A DNA stretch of 63,879 nt, counting the filler, from Phoronis australis (taxonomy: Eukaryota > Animalia > Phoronida), in assembly GCA_002633005.1 (NCBI GenBank). It is 8 parts of 8 records of this genome, joined end to end, with 100 filler letters (N's around TTAATTAATTAA, not from the genome) between each part and the next. Parts side by side here need not be neighbours in the genome. Positions count along the whole stretch, not along the records: positions 1 to 27,158 come from NMRA01000882.1; positions 27,259 to 30,670 come from NMRA01003034.1; positions 30,771 to 32,263 come from NMRA01001660.1; positions 32,364 to 36,001 come from NMRA01002927.1; positions 36,102 to 55,547 come from NMRA01001440.1; 3 more parts are not named here. One strand, 5' to 3'. Shown piece by piece: positions 24,928 through 37,316 of the stretch. The notes under the pieces are model-generated. The model was given only the letters and a program-made list of their open reading frames with translations. It ran no database searches and was not told where the DNA came from. Numbering within the stretch: position 1 is the first letter of the stretch; the number at the start of each line of letters is the position of its first letter. The position numbers and the translations under genes were made by a program.

Positions 24928-27158
24928 CTACAACAAGCATTAAAAGTGACTGACAAACCATGAAAATATTAAAACCAGTTCCATTTGTTGAATGAAGAAC
25001 TCGTGTAAATGAAACATGGTTGACCTAATTAAAGTCAAAGTGTCAAACAATATTATCAAAAATAAAACTGAGTTCAACATGAAGGAGATATGATATCAAA
25101 CACTATATGATTATTTTCATCAACGTTTTAAAAGCAAAAGGGAAATATTTTAGAAGATTGTACCAACAACATTTTTGAAATCTCGTGCTCAAGATTGATA
25201 GGAAATAAAATCTGATCATATTATGGGAGCCATGGTTTTGGTATCGACGCACCTTTCTTTCTTTCCTGAACCTTAATAACGATATGTTATATATGACTCA
25301 AATAATGAAAGCTAAGTAAACGGTGAAAAATCAAATTCAGCAGTTCCCTTAATGAAACCCTATATGTACATTATCAAGGTTGATATCCACAGTTCTTAGA
25401 CATTCTTCATAAAACGGAAAATGGTCAACATTGAAAACCCAAAAAACAAGCGTTGTGCATGGTGAGCCAAACAGACGCGGTACAGGATGGAAGTATCAAG
25501 ACACTAACACTTTTAAAACAGTGTTATGTAATACAATCACGTGGCTCGTGTTCATGTCGCGGACAGGAGGGCGGTTGTTTGGAAACTTTCGGTACGGTGT
25601 TCCGTAACATAGGCGTCAATCCTCAGCACCTGAAGCACCATCAGGCACAGTTTTTTTTTCGATTGTGTGCCAAACAAAAACCACAGAGTTATCCACAGGC
25701 GTTCTGTTGACACCTGATGGACCGTCGGTTGACCAGAGTGATGCTGCCATGGGTTTACAATATCGATTGTTGTCGCGTCAGAACGTCGGTTTGCATCTTA
25801 ACAATACATGTACCTGAATCAAATATCAAGCGAACTGAATTCGGTCAACTGTTTGTCGCAGTGAGAATAGCCATCAGGAATCAATCCCTTGCGTTTCAGT
25901 AATACACAACATGCACGCAGATTTCAACTGACATTTATTCGACCATCTGAGCATACACTGTATGCAGTATATTTATTGAACAAATTGCAATGAACATTAC
26001 TCCTAAAGAGGAACAATCAGAACGAACATTTGTAAGAGCATAAACATGTAAACCATTGCAGATCTGTGGAATGCGACGCGTAACCAGGCACATGCTTCTA
26101 TATCTGCTGATTGGAAAATACGGACATTTTCCAACTGAGGTGGGTCACATATGCCTGGTGTTACAATTGCTGGCGCGGGTAGATATCCTGTGTATAAGTG
26201 GATGCGTTTTTCTGTGTTTTGTAATTATTTAAATACGCTCTGATACGGTGCGATAAAGATATAAGAGACCCCAAGACACATTGTCCTGCTCTTAAATGTT
26301 TTAAGTTTGTATAAGGAAGCCAATCAAATCTTTACTGACATCACACTTATTGTCAAGTGCATTGTCAATATTATGTTGCGGCCTGCAATGGAAATGTATC
26401 AGTAAAAGAACCATTATAACTCCATTTGAAGAGCACACCAAAATTGAAATGTTAAACAAATTTAAGTAATTTTATAAATTTTGACATGACGATGTGCCGT
26501 AGCACAGTTTCGCTGACTTGCGTACTTAGTCTTATTGAGAAGCGTGGCATCAGCACCACTCCAAGCTGCTTTGTGTTGCCACCCTACGGGAAGTATAAAA
26601 ATCGGTCACTTATACAAGCACTGCCTCAGAAACTTTTGCATTGCCATGATCAACAGGAACGCATAAAAGTAAATGAAGAGCGGTGCAGCAAGAATCAGGG
26701 AAAATTTTCAATTCATGTGTTTCACTTATATATGTATCCCTTATGCACTCCATTGTAAGTGCATGTATACATGTATTTCCTTTGGATTAGTGCATGGTTG
26801 TAAGTCTTCATGTACTTTTGGGTCTAGGCCTTGCCGTAAACACGGGCTGATACCGTCAAGTGAAATCCCAGTCACTCTGGCTAACCTGTGGACGGAAATC
26901 ATTAAACAAGACCAAACTTTTACTGATACTACATAACAAGAAGAGAGTACAACACTAGAATGCAGTTCGCTATTTTTGCAATTCACGTGTGTTAGCTCGG
27001 CATAGTCAAACCTTAGAGAGATTATCTTCAAAGGTAAAACAATATTAATGATGTGAAGGGTGGAAGACGGCTTTTGGTTACAAGACAATCAAGTGCAATG
27101 ACAGAATACATCAAATTGGACGATTAGGATTTTAAGCGAGAACTAGACAAGTCTTATG

Positions 27159-27258
27159 NNNNNNNNNNNNNNNNNNNNNNNNNNNNNNNNNNNNNNNNNN
27201 NNTTAATTAATTAANNNNNNNNNNNNNNNNNNNNNNNNNNNNNNNNNNNNNNNNNNNN
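27159..27258. other. Artificial contig-joining spacer (N44-TTAATTAATTAA-N44); also at 30671-30770, 32264-32363, 36002-36101, 55548-55647, 58754-58853 and 62118-62217
   Basis: Seven identical 100-nt spacers. TTAATTAATTAA places stop codons in all six frames. Confidence 0.97.
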
Positions 27259-29779
27259 TTTTTGTCTGTAAGACGTCCAGAAAGTCGGAAATTCGAGCCC
27301 GCCATATTAAAGGCTGGGTGCGCACATGTTGTGTATTTTGTTAAAATTTCAGTTCTAGTGGTCTGTCTTTACGCGGCACAACCTAACAAGGATAGTTCTT
27401 TATTAGTGAAAATATAAATTTCGCAAGTTCACGATCATTCCACATCAGCTGAGCAACACAAGTACATGTATACCCAAACAGTGGCACGTGCCCGGAGGTG
27501 CAAATATAGTATCCAGTCCGATCTATCATCTAATAGTTGCCATGGCAAATGAGGCAAGAAAGAGAAAACTACTCATTTATAATGTAAAAACAGATACCAA
27601 GTGAAACAACAATTTTCAAGTTACAGTTAGTAATGTCCTTTTGCTTTGTTGATGGAAAAAGCAATCAAACTGTTCAAAATAAATTTCAACAAATAATGTT
27701 TTTGATGAAGTTTAAAAAAAAACATTGCTAAAAGAATGCCACATTAGTCAAATAGTGCTTCATAGTAAAGAGAAAGGTTAAGTGTTGGAAAAAGAAAAAT
27801 TCTCTGAGTAAAGATCGACGCAAATACACAAAATATTTAGGTGCCTGACCCTTTTTGGATTTTTTATGCAACTGGGCACAAGCGACTTCGCAACATTTAT
27901 GGAATTACTTTGTAGTAAGTTACAAAATATGTGATTTTGCTATGCTGTTCGTATTGGGTCATGTCGACACTGTTACTGGAAATATACTCTTTGAGCTAAA
28001 ACTACATGTACAACTCTGACTTGTATCAAGGAGTGTTGTATTACACTCCTTTCCTGAAAATGCATCACTCTAATTATGTGTCCATCTGCACTAAACACAA
28101 GTGTCTTTCATTTTGTGCTCGGGTATATCTCTACTATAATTCCATACATGTAATTACTGTTTTAAACTTCATTTTCATGCAAATGGTAGGCCAACGACAT
28201 TGGTGACATTTACACAGTTAAGTAAATGTACTGACAACCAAGGAAAAATAAAAAAAAACTGTCAAAGCAACTTCCATTTGTTTCTTTATTGCTGCATTTC
28301 TCGCACCTATGGGTGTACATGTAGATGGCTGCAAGTTTGGGTTTTTATCACGTTCAAAACGAGATTTTAGCATAGAATAGCCTCGCTGAGTGGACAACTG
28401 AACATTGACTGCTTGGGTAAGCGTTGGTATCAGATTCGCCAACAGACATGAATGAGTTTTTGGGGATGTATCTTGTGTGGAAAATTTTTGGACTGTTCAC
28501 GATGTACCGAGTGTCTAACGAGCTAAGTGCGCACCAATCTGCAGCGTACAAAGAAATATCATTTTTGGGCGATTGTGACACAAAACTCTCACGACTTTGA
28601 GAACTTCAAATTACTAACATTTGTCACCTACAAATTGTTCTCAATAATCTTCCTAAACCCATTCAGAAGTGGTGTTGTTATATTGAAAGAATTGGAAGAT
28701 CGTTATTGCTTTAAACCAAGTTTAAGTGTTTTCAAGTTGTCTTGTTAAGACGAGGTTATTTAAGCACCGTGCTCGAAAGAACTGCCAATCTAATTAAACC
28801 CAGCATTCACTTCTCGTCTGAGTAAGGAACAAGTTTAGGTCAAAGGTCGTACACCAATTATGGGATCAACCAAATCTTAATTTCTTTGCCGGAATGTGGT
28901 TTACATAGTCGGTGGGCCAGATTTTGTAGGGCCTCTAGAAAATGGTTTTTGTGAGTACTTTAGGGGGGCAATTTTATTTTGGTGTTTTTTAATTCATTTA
29001 TTAGAGTGTTTTTAAAATCTAAAAAGTTCCCACATATAATGTTGCATATTTTTGAGAAATTTGAGTTTGAAGTTACATAATAATCACCAAAGAGCTTAGT
29101 AAACTTATATTTGTAAAAACAACAGTTTTGGTGATTTTTTTGTAAAACAAGGAATATGGTCCCATCAGTGCCATTGTATTGAACAATATTAAACTCACAT
29201 TACACGTTTTACTATTGTAAATTAATTGTAAAAAGTGAAATTTAAAAAACGTAAAGAGACTCCTAGTGGCAAAAAATCAAACTAAGTCTGATTGTTACTA
29301 GGAAGTTATTCTGGCATTGTCAGGCAATAAAAATAACACAAAACACTTGAGACATAATTGTAAACAGTGAAATTTAAAAAACGTAAAGAGACACCTAGTG
29401 GCAAAAATGCAAACTAAGTCTGAATGTTACCAGGAAGTTATTCTGGCATTGTCAGGCAATAAAAATAACACAAAACACTTGAGACTGGGCAAAATTTGTG
29501 CCTCAATGACTAAAACATTGACTAATAGTGTAAAATACAGCTTCTTTGCATAATACACCAGAAATATGTTATAGTACAAAACAATATATTTGAATGATTT
29601 CTGTGAATGTGCACAAAGACTGTATGAAAATAATAGATTATTCTGACAGCGTTTATCAAGCAGTATGATACAAATACATGACAATGATCAAAGTATGTAC
29701 TTTCTATGACTTACTCAACAAATAAAATTAACTTTTTAATACAAAAAAGGAAATAACGGGGTAAGGTTGGAGGTCTATT

Positions 29780-30670
29780 TAGATTACTTGTCAAAGAACT
29801 ATCCAATGTTATGCAGTCAGTGTTGCTGATGTTACTACAGTTGTCACAGCTGCACATTTCTGTACAGTTTGACCCAGCATTGCAGCGCAAACTCAGTTTC
29901 CCAGCACACATGTTCTTTTTGCACTTGCAGCATTCTGTCAATGGAGATGCGGTCATTGGCATACATATTTTAATATTAAAACTGCAAAGCTCCACCGCCA
30001 AGGGGCCAACTATGGTCGATTAGAGAGGGTTCAACACTGCACACTGGTGATTAGCCCGCAGGCAATGAAGGGTCAAACACTAAGTCCTTGTTTGGAGGCG
30101 GGCACTAAGTACATCGTTTAGTACTGTCAATGGAGATGCGGTCATTGCTATACATATTAAGTGCAAAGCTCCACCGCCAAGGAGCCAACTATGGTTGATT
30201 AGAGAGGGTACAGCACTGCACACTGGTGATTAGTCCGCAGGCAATGAAGGGTCAAACACTAAGTCCTTGTTTGGAGGCAGGCACTATTTGGGCAAACGTT
30301 TGATTCAAAATATGTTATAATGGGCAGTGTTAATTAGAGTCAGCAAGTGAATTATTGAACATTAGCCTCAATTCAATTTCGTATCTCTTAGTCGGGCACA
30401 AACTACAACAGTGAGCAGCTTCAACAATATTTCTTAAGATTGCCTGTCCAAATAACTCCATGCACACCCAGCTTTCTGAAGAACAGCTTCAAAGTCTTGC
30501 TTTAGTTTTGAAAGGCAAATGACATCTCCTTGTGTTAGAAGCTTCAATTCAATGAACTCCAAACAAAACTGTAGAAAAAACATCTCTGAAAACTGTGAAT
30601 TCGTCACTCTTCACAATCGTTGTCTTTCTATTTTTTGTAGCATGATGATCTGTGGTACTTGGCTTCTAAG
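29780..30670 (-). mobile_element. Decayed DNA-transposon coding fragment with a C-terminal Cys-rich (CXC/Cys8-like) zinc finger; Academ-like
   Basis: Reverse strand reads, with stops and frameshifts: INTAHYNIF...CLPPNKD...LHCLRANHQCAV...HSWLL...CKCKKNMC...C..GSNCTEMCSCDNCSN. There is an internal duplication (~29933-30107 vs ~30124-30286). The family assignment is from recalled motif similarity. Confidence 0.55.
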
Positions 30671-31082
30671 NNNNNNNNNNNNNNNNNNNNNNNNNNNNNN
30701 NNNNNNNNNNNNNNTTAATTAATTAANNNNNNNNNNNNNNNNNNNNNNNNNNNNNNNNNNNNNNNNNNNNTTGAACTCATTGAATTGAGACAAGAACTAC
30801 AGAGGTTCACAAGTGCTGAACATTCCACACAATCAAGCTTCCCTTCCACACAATCAAGCTTCCCTTCAACACAATCAAGCCTCCCTTCCCCACTGTCAAG
30901 TTCCTGTGCATAATTCTGCTGTACATGTCATCTAAAAGATGTCGGCAATAAAATATTGGTGGAATAAAAACTATTCACACAACCTCTAAGTTTGTCCATG
31001 CAGGTAGTCGGTAGGAAGCCATTAACGTATTGGTGTGTTATGAAACTAGTAACATGAAATTCCTTCACAAGTTTTACTTGAG

Positions 31083-31228
31083 AGGTAGCATGGTCTAACT
31101 GTAAAACATGCCTTCCTGAACATTGTAGACATAAATACCACCACATCACACTAAGGTAGCATGGTCTAACTGTATAACATGCCTTCCTGAACATTGTAGA
31201 CATAAATACCACCACATCACACTAAGGT
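31083..31228. repeat. 71-bp direct tandem repeat x2
   Basis: AGGTAGCATGGTCTAACTGT...CATCACACTA repeated with one mismatch. Confidence 0.9.
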
Positions 31229-31624
31229 CCTAGCATTCTTAACTCGCGCTTAAATTTGTGTCCACAAACGTAGATGTAAATGATTCTCAGGGTCACAGAA
31301 GTCCACAATACTGTCAACATTCTAATGTGTACACACTTCACCTGTCATTGAGGCCTTATATATCCTGTTGTTGCGACATTATTGACTGGCCAGTTACAAG
31401 TCACAAGAAAACATCTCATCTCATGCTTCAAAGAGATTGAACATGACAATGAATGCATGCAGATAACATTTCTCCTCGTATCACGTCTTGTCTAAGCGAC
31501 GATCCAACCTATCCGTCCTTTGAAACAAGGCAAGTTGAGGGCTCCTTTCTAGTGCCACAGTTATTCTAGGTGAAGAGCTTGTACCTATATTTAGGTTCAA
31601 AGATGGCCATCATGATGGCCTAAA

Positions 31625-31813
31625 ATGGAGCAGAGTCCAAAAGGATCCTTGAAGCACATCATGATGGAGCAGAGTCCAAAAGGATCCTTGAAGCACATCA
31701 TGATGGAGCAGAGTCCAAAAGGATCCTTGAAGCACATCATGATGGAGCAGAGTCCAAAAGGATCCTTGAAGCACATCATGGAGCAGAGTCCAAAAGGATC
31801 CTTGAAGCACATC
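31625..31813. repeat. 36/39-bp minisatellite x5 in the predicted PKN 3' UTR
   Basis: (ATG)ATGGAGCAGAGTCCAAAAGGATCCTTGAAGCACATC in five copies, identical apart from the optional leading ATG. Confidence 0.95.
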
Positions 31814-31937
31814 AGCACCAATGTGGCATGATCACCAACATACAACATTCGTAGAACACTCCTCAGAATGCATAAAACATGCAAGCCTACATCCCACGAC
31901 CAGAGATTGATTTTAGGCCATTAGATTGTTCCCAATG

Positions 31938-32081
31938 CTAGCACCAGTCAGCCATGTATGTGAAGTCTTGGAAGAGAGTCTGATCAGTGCCTGAAATAGG
32001 TCGCGTGTCTTTGGGAGGGGTCAGGATGGGCTTTTCACATGTGAACTCCTCGTCAAAGTTAGACACATCTTCAGCAGAACG
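31938..32081 (-). CDS. PKN: Terminal exon of serine/threonine-protein kinase N (PKN/PRK; AGC-kinase C-tail)
   Basis: RSAEDVSNFDEEFTCEKPILTPPKDTRPISGTDQTLFQDFTYMADWC* has the NFD motif, the turn motif (LTPP), the hydrophobic motif and the PKN-type ADWC end. Acceptor TTTCAG. Confidence 0.92.
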   Translation of the reverse strand, partial: RSAEDVSNFDEEFTCEKPILTPPKDTRPISGTDQTLFQDFTYMADWC

Positions 32082-33065
32082 CTGAAACGGAACCATGAAA
32101 AGTTAAACCAATTGGGTTAAAATTTTTGCCGGAAAGAGATAAATGAAACATCCCAGAGGTGAAAAGGAAGTTTCCCCATGTCAGTTCTGGGATGCATGGG
32201 ATATTTTCGAAAGCCATAGATAACAACAGGATGGCTTGAACAAATAGAAAACGGGATGGCTTGNNNNNNNNNNNNNNNNNNNNNNNNNNNNNNNNNNNNN
32301 NNNNNNNTTAATTAATTAANNNNNNNNNNNNNNNNNNNNNNNNNNNNNNNNNNNNNNNNNNNNTGGTGACGTGCTCTCACGGAAATATATGTTTTTTCCT
32401 GGAGATTAATGCCATAGCAGAGGTATTTGAAACGACAAAGATGTTATAGTTACACAGTATACAGTATCTTTGGATACGTGTTGCGCAGAAGGGCGTACTT
32501 TTTCACTACCACTTTCTTTGCTAAAGTGTGCCTTTCCGACACAATTCTCTGTAAAAGGGTTCACTGTGGGAGTTCAGAACTCAAGGTTTCTTTTTCCAGC
32601 TACACAAATTTATAAAAAAGTTTCTTTACGGTGAATGTTACCTTTAACGATATTTAAAAAAACTTTGGTTGGAAATGACGTACTTATTTTTGACTACATG
32701 CTAACTCTTTTTGTACTGTTACAGATTACATTTCAGACGCCTAAGAATCACTACAGTAGGTGGCGTTTCAGGAACAGAACCCTTCAAAAGGATATTTCAT
32801 GGAAGCTTTCTACAAATGGATCTCTTTTAGTGTCTGCTGGGGTTGTATTCTGAGTTTGCAACCCCAGAAAAATATTTAGCCGAGCAAGCCCCCGGGAAAA
32901 TATTTAGCCGAACAACCCCCGGGAAAACACTCATTCAAATAACCGAGAGATACCTTTGCAAGATTTAACCACGGAATCTTTGACGGCATAGACACACAAA
33001 GCTTCTCTCTAGTGGAAGTGCGTGCTTCCAGTCGATAGAATACAATGGGTGTTAAACACATCGTC

Positions 33066-33272
33066 CAGGACACTTGATGTCCACCTCCGTCAGGACAGTA
33101 GAGGTCCGCCTACGTCAAGACAACTAAGGCCCATTTTCGCAAGGACAACTGAGGTCCGCCTTGGCCAGGACAACTAGTGAGGTCCGCTTCCGCCTGGACA
33201 GTTGAGGTCTGCCTCCGTCAGGACAGTTGAGGTCTGCCTCTGCCAGGACAGTTGAGGTGTGCCTCTGCCAGG
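33066..33272. repeat. Degenerate 25-bp minisatellite, ~8 copies
   Basis: Consensus TGAGGTCYGCCTCYGYCAGGACAGT. Confidence 0.85.
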
Positions 33273-36200
33273 TCAAGATTGTTTCTTTAATCTCGGTAGT
33301 AGATTCGCATTAAAACTGGAACCACTGAGGTAGGGGACACCAATCATCGTTTACAAAAGTAAAATGACTATTCATCGTTGTATGCTTCCTCCAGAACAGC
33401 CCTTCGACGAATTTTTGGACATGTGACAGGCTCTTTCTGATAGCCAGAAAATTGATCATTGAGACGGAGGCAGTCTGGCACATTAAGAAAATCTTGTTAA
33501 CATTAACTTTACTTGTTGGATATGCTTGATAATGTTACAAGGGTGTTTATTCTCTGAACGCACTGGCGTATATCACATTATTTGCTGTTACTTGGGGCGT
33601 TGTAAGATAGCGGAGCTCAGTGAGTAGCCACTTATTTGTCTGCCCCTCCCATGATCGCCACTAATTTCGCACCGACTTGCCAAAATGAACAGTACCAGCG
33701 AGTGTCAGTCAAAGATAAATAGGGTTTGTCAACGTTTACATTCTAGCTGTCATCGGGACAGACAGTTGTTTTAGAAGTCCATGTTTAATAGTTGCGTCGT
33801 TTTTAGAAAATTGCAACCAAGGCAACTCCCAACGGGATCTATACAACTTCAACATTTATTTTCGGTTCATAGCCAACACCTAATTAGTGTCTGAAAGTAT
33901 ATCTGTGATCGTATTCTCAACAAACTTTCCATTTGTCAGACTAAAAAGCTATTTGTAAATGAGCTTCACATGTACTTATTAGCATTATGGTTAGCTATGG
34001 CATCTTTTCCGGTACGAAATGCTTACCAACAGACGTTGCTGTCTCCGCAGAAGGCTTGATGTCGGAATGGCAGGAAGAAGTGTTCAATTACCGACAGACG
34101 GCGCTCATGTCGCCAAGGGCAGTAATACAAGACAAAAATTGAGGCCCAACTTGCAATAGAGGAATACATAGATTTCTGTCGGTTTAAGGGAGAAACACTT
34201 CTTACTTCAAGCTACATTCGCCTTGTTTAGTCAAATAAAAACAGAAATCGAATTAGACCAAATACTCTCGTAAAATCGGTCTCACAATATTCGAATTCTT
34301 ACCGTGATGTAGGCGTGATAGATGTCGATTTTCGTTACCAACTCAAGTCATACGTCATTTTCAAATTCACAATTTTACGGTTGGCCAATCTCTTACGGAA
34401 ATAGATAGCTATCGCGACAAGGAACGAGACCAATGTTATGGGCGTAAAAGCCCAATTCGGTTTTTCGCTTTTTATCCCGCTAATCAGGGCAACATGCACG
34501 ACAGTGATTGGTAGATAGATGTATAGATTATTTAGCCACTCCACATGGTGTTACATTGTATTGCTTCTTGAGCCACTCTACATAGTGTTACAGTGTGACC
34601 GGTGATTGGTAGATAGATGTATAGTTTACTGAGCCACTCTACATGGTGTTATAGTGTGACCAGCTTGAAGGCCAAGAGACTGACAGAAAGCTTTGGGAGG
34701 CATTTATACATGTACAAAAGATATCTTTGAAAATTATAAGGATTGTTATTGTTCAAAAGATAGAAAATTAATTACTACGAAGTGTAGTTGCATAATTCAA
34801 TTCTATTTAAGTACTTAAACAAAGTAATGTTAGCACAGTGGACAGTCAGTGATGGGATTTTGAATTTTCATCAGACTTGCAGCCACAGTAAGTGATCGCT
34901 AACACGGTTAGTAAATAATTAATTCTTAGCACTAATGTAAGCAGTCTTGTGTTGTGCATGCCATATTGTAACTCGATATCATCAACTTTTTAAATGCACG
35001 CAGTCGAACAATCCTTGAAATCAATGCGTGGGAGTGTTTCTATTTTTCCTACTATGGTTAATAGGGATCGATTGCTGTTTACCAATTTTGGAATTAAGTG
35101 TCCTAGACAGTTATGTATTAATGCGTTATTTCTTACACTGAATGGGTTGTGAAACCGACGGACTTACATTTAACTACGGGTTTGCTGTGATACACGGATT
35201 CAAATGAGCAGGGGTTGTGGCTGTTTTCCGAGTAATTATTGTCAAATAAATGTTTTAAGCATGAAAGCTCTTGTGAAAGCAGTAATGCATTTCCGTTGGT
35301 AATTTTGCCAATGAATTTAAAACAGATTCAGTGCTGCATTTATTCTAACAAGGGTTTTGTGTCAGCCTTAGACTTGCTGTGGTCCGACGTGTGGCGAAGT
35401 TAGTGCTTTATGTATGATTTCTATTTTGTTGGACATGACATCTTGAAGATGTCGGAGAATTAAGGCACCATAAATGAAGACTAGGAAGATAGTCTTGTAA
35501 AGAAGACAAGAACCACGTGTTTTAGACAACCCATCGTCAACGCCTTGAGTGTGAAACTTGGATTGCTATTAAAAGTTTTATTCCTATGACTCATGTTGTG
35601 ACAAATTTCAGCTCAGAACCATTAAATTGAAGTTAAGATATTCGGTTTTCATCGAAATGTTTTTGTAAAAGGTGAAAAATAACACATTTCGCTCTGTAAA
35701 TATTTAAGGACAGCTTAAGTCAATCAATCACAAAGTTCACGGTTCTGGAAATTGGAGTTGAAACTGTTGGAACAAATGACACACGTGACGTCAGCGCCCA
35801 TTATGATCTCGAGATTTGGTTGTCATTAACATAAACAACGAAGCGGCACAAGTATTGACTGACTACTGTGGGGGACTGTCTTTCGACCCAGAAAAGGCTG
35901 TAACCAAGTGCATTCCAACTTTTGGAACGAACGGATCACTGAGGTGCGGAGTTCGAAAGCGCGTGAACGTAAACAAAAACAAAGTAGTCCCCAGGGGCAC
36001 TNNNNNNNNNNNNNNNNNNNNNNNNNNNNNNNNNNNNNNNNNNNNTTAATTAATTAANNNNNNNNNNNNNNNNNNNNNNNNNNNNNNNNNNNNNNNNNNN
36101 NGTTGTGGTCATGTAGTTTTTTTTTTGCTGGCAATAGAAAGCACTTTGGTTACTAAATCAAGCTGTAGAGAAGGTCAATTTTTATTTTACAATCATGTTT

Positions 36201-36885
36201 GGCTCTGTGTGGTTTGCAATGAATTTTTGTGCTGAACGGAATTTTATGTGTCCAACATAACTGGCCTAAACAGACTGACTTTTAGTAAACCTATTGCACT
36301 TCTAACAAATTGTCATTTTACTTCATATTGTTCTAACATCTGATTGAAGTCTAGTTTACTTCAATGTCTATAGAGGGCGCCGCATAGTGGTGATTGTCAG
36401 CTATATGATGAAGCTATGGTTGAATCAACCTGTCCACACCTCGGGACAACTCGGGACATTCATTTGCTTAATACGAACTAGGAACAAATTGATGTCCAGT
36501 TAGTTCAAAAAAGTGTGAATTGCTACAACGGCAAACCTTGAATAACAATATATTTTTAATCCGAATTGCGCTTTTCGTTATGGTCATTTTATTGCTAGTC
36601 TTCTGCATTTATCTTTCTGGGATGTAATTAACCTCTGCACACATACTGCTGATAGTCCATATTGTTAACATCTGCCCCTCCACACTATAGACTGTAGTGC
36701 TGAATACTTATTAAATTGACAGGAGTTAGGGAAGATTGGCTTGTGAACACCTGCAGCCATTAATGATGTGCTTGGACATTGTTTTGAATATTGATCCAAA
36801 ATGCAAAATTTGTTACCTTGCTATAAATACAGTGCAAAATCTATAACTTCTGCATATTCTACACTTACACGTTTATTGTCATTTT

Positions 36886-37018
36886 CAGGGGCAGATTCAG
36901 AATTTTGAGTAAGAGGGGGCCAGGGCAGACATTCGCCACTCCCGAACTTCCAAATGAAATGTGGAAGAATTTTAGGAGGCCATGGCCCCCTTGCCCCCCC
37001 TCCCTAAATCTGACACTG
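36886..37018. mobile_element. Short MITE of the CAGGGGCGGAT...ATCCGCCCCTG family; relatives at 37675-37837, ~46686 (partial) and 49367-49448
   Basis: Terminal inverted repeats CAG(G/T)GGC(A/G)GAT with G-run/C-run interiors, seen several times in the window. Confidence 0.65.
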
Positions 37019-37200
37019 CTTTTCTGTCCCAACGTGTCTAGGCAAGTGATTGTATTATATGCGCCACAAACTTGGTTGCTAGTGTCATCCGCCGTCGCCA
37101 GGACCGTGAGAGACAACCACTGAATATGTTGTTTGTTCGCATTAACGCCACCGTAATAAATTTGTCATCTTCAGCTTTAGAAAGCTAACAAGAAAGAATG

Positions 37201-37316
37201 GTACAGCTGTACGCTGTACACATGCTATAATGGGAACAATACAGAGAAAGTTAGCGTGGCCCCTGATCGCAAGGATGACTTGCAAAATCGTGAAGCGTTC
37301 TAAATTAAATTTTTTT
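37201..37316 (+). ncRNA. U6: Divergent U6 snRNA gene or pseudogene
   Basis: ACAGAGA box (37241-37247), AGC triad, GGCCCCTG..CGCAAGGATGAC, AAATCGTGAAGCGTTC and a terminal T-run. A 19-nt 5' hairpin sits at the expected position. Confidence 0.85.

Larger units (their letters stand above)
657..27158. repeat. Complex two-tier tandem array: a ~680-bp ankyrin exon+intron unit interleaved with a 3-7.4 kb intronic module
   Basis: Short period: 4159->4836 (677 bp) and 20744->21429 (685 bp). Long module copies with internal deletions: 657-2723 (partial), 5841-13266, 13940-20595, 21876-24775 (truncated) and 25361-27158 (runs into the spacer). Near-identical short ORFs recur in the ORF track. Confidence 0.95.

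Noticed and set aside
31625-31813. 36/39-bp repeats as a CRISPR array, or as the repeat proteins MEQSPKGSLKHIM / MCFKDPFGLCSI
   Set aside because: There are no unique spacers and no cas genes, and the context is eukaryotic. The ORFs arise only because the unit length is a multiple of 3.
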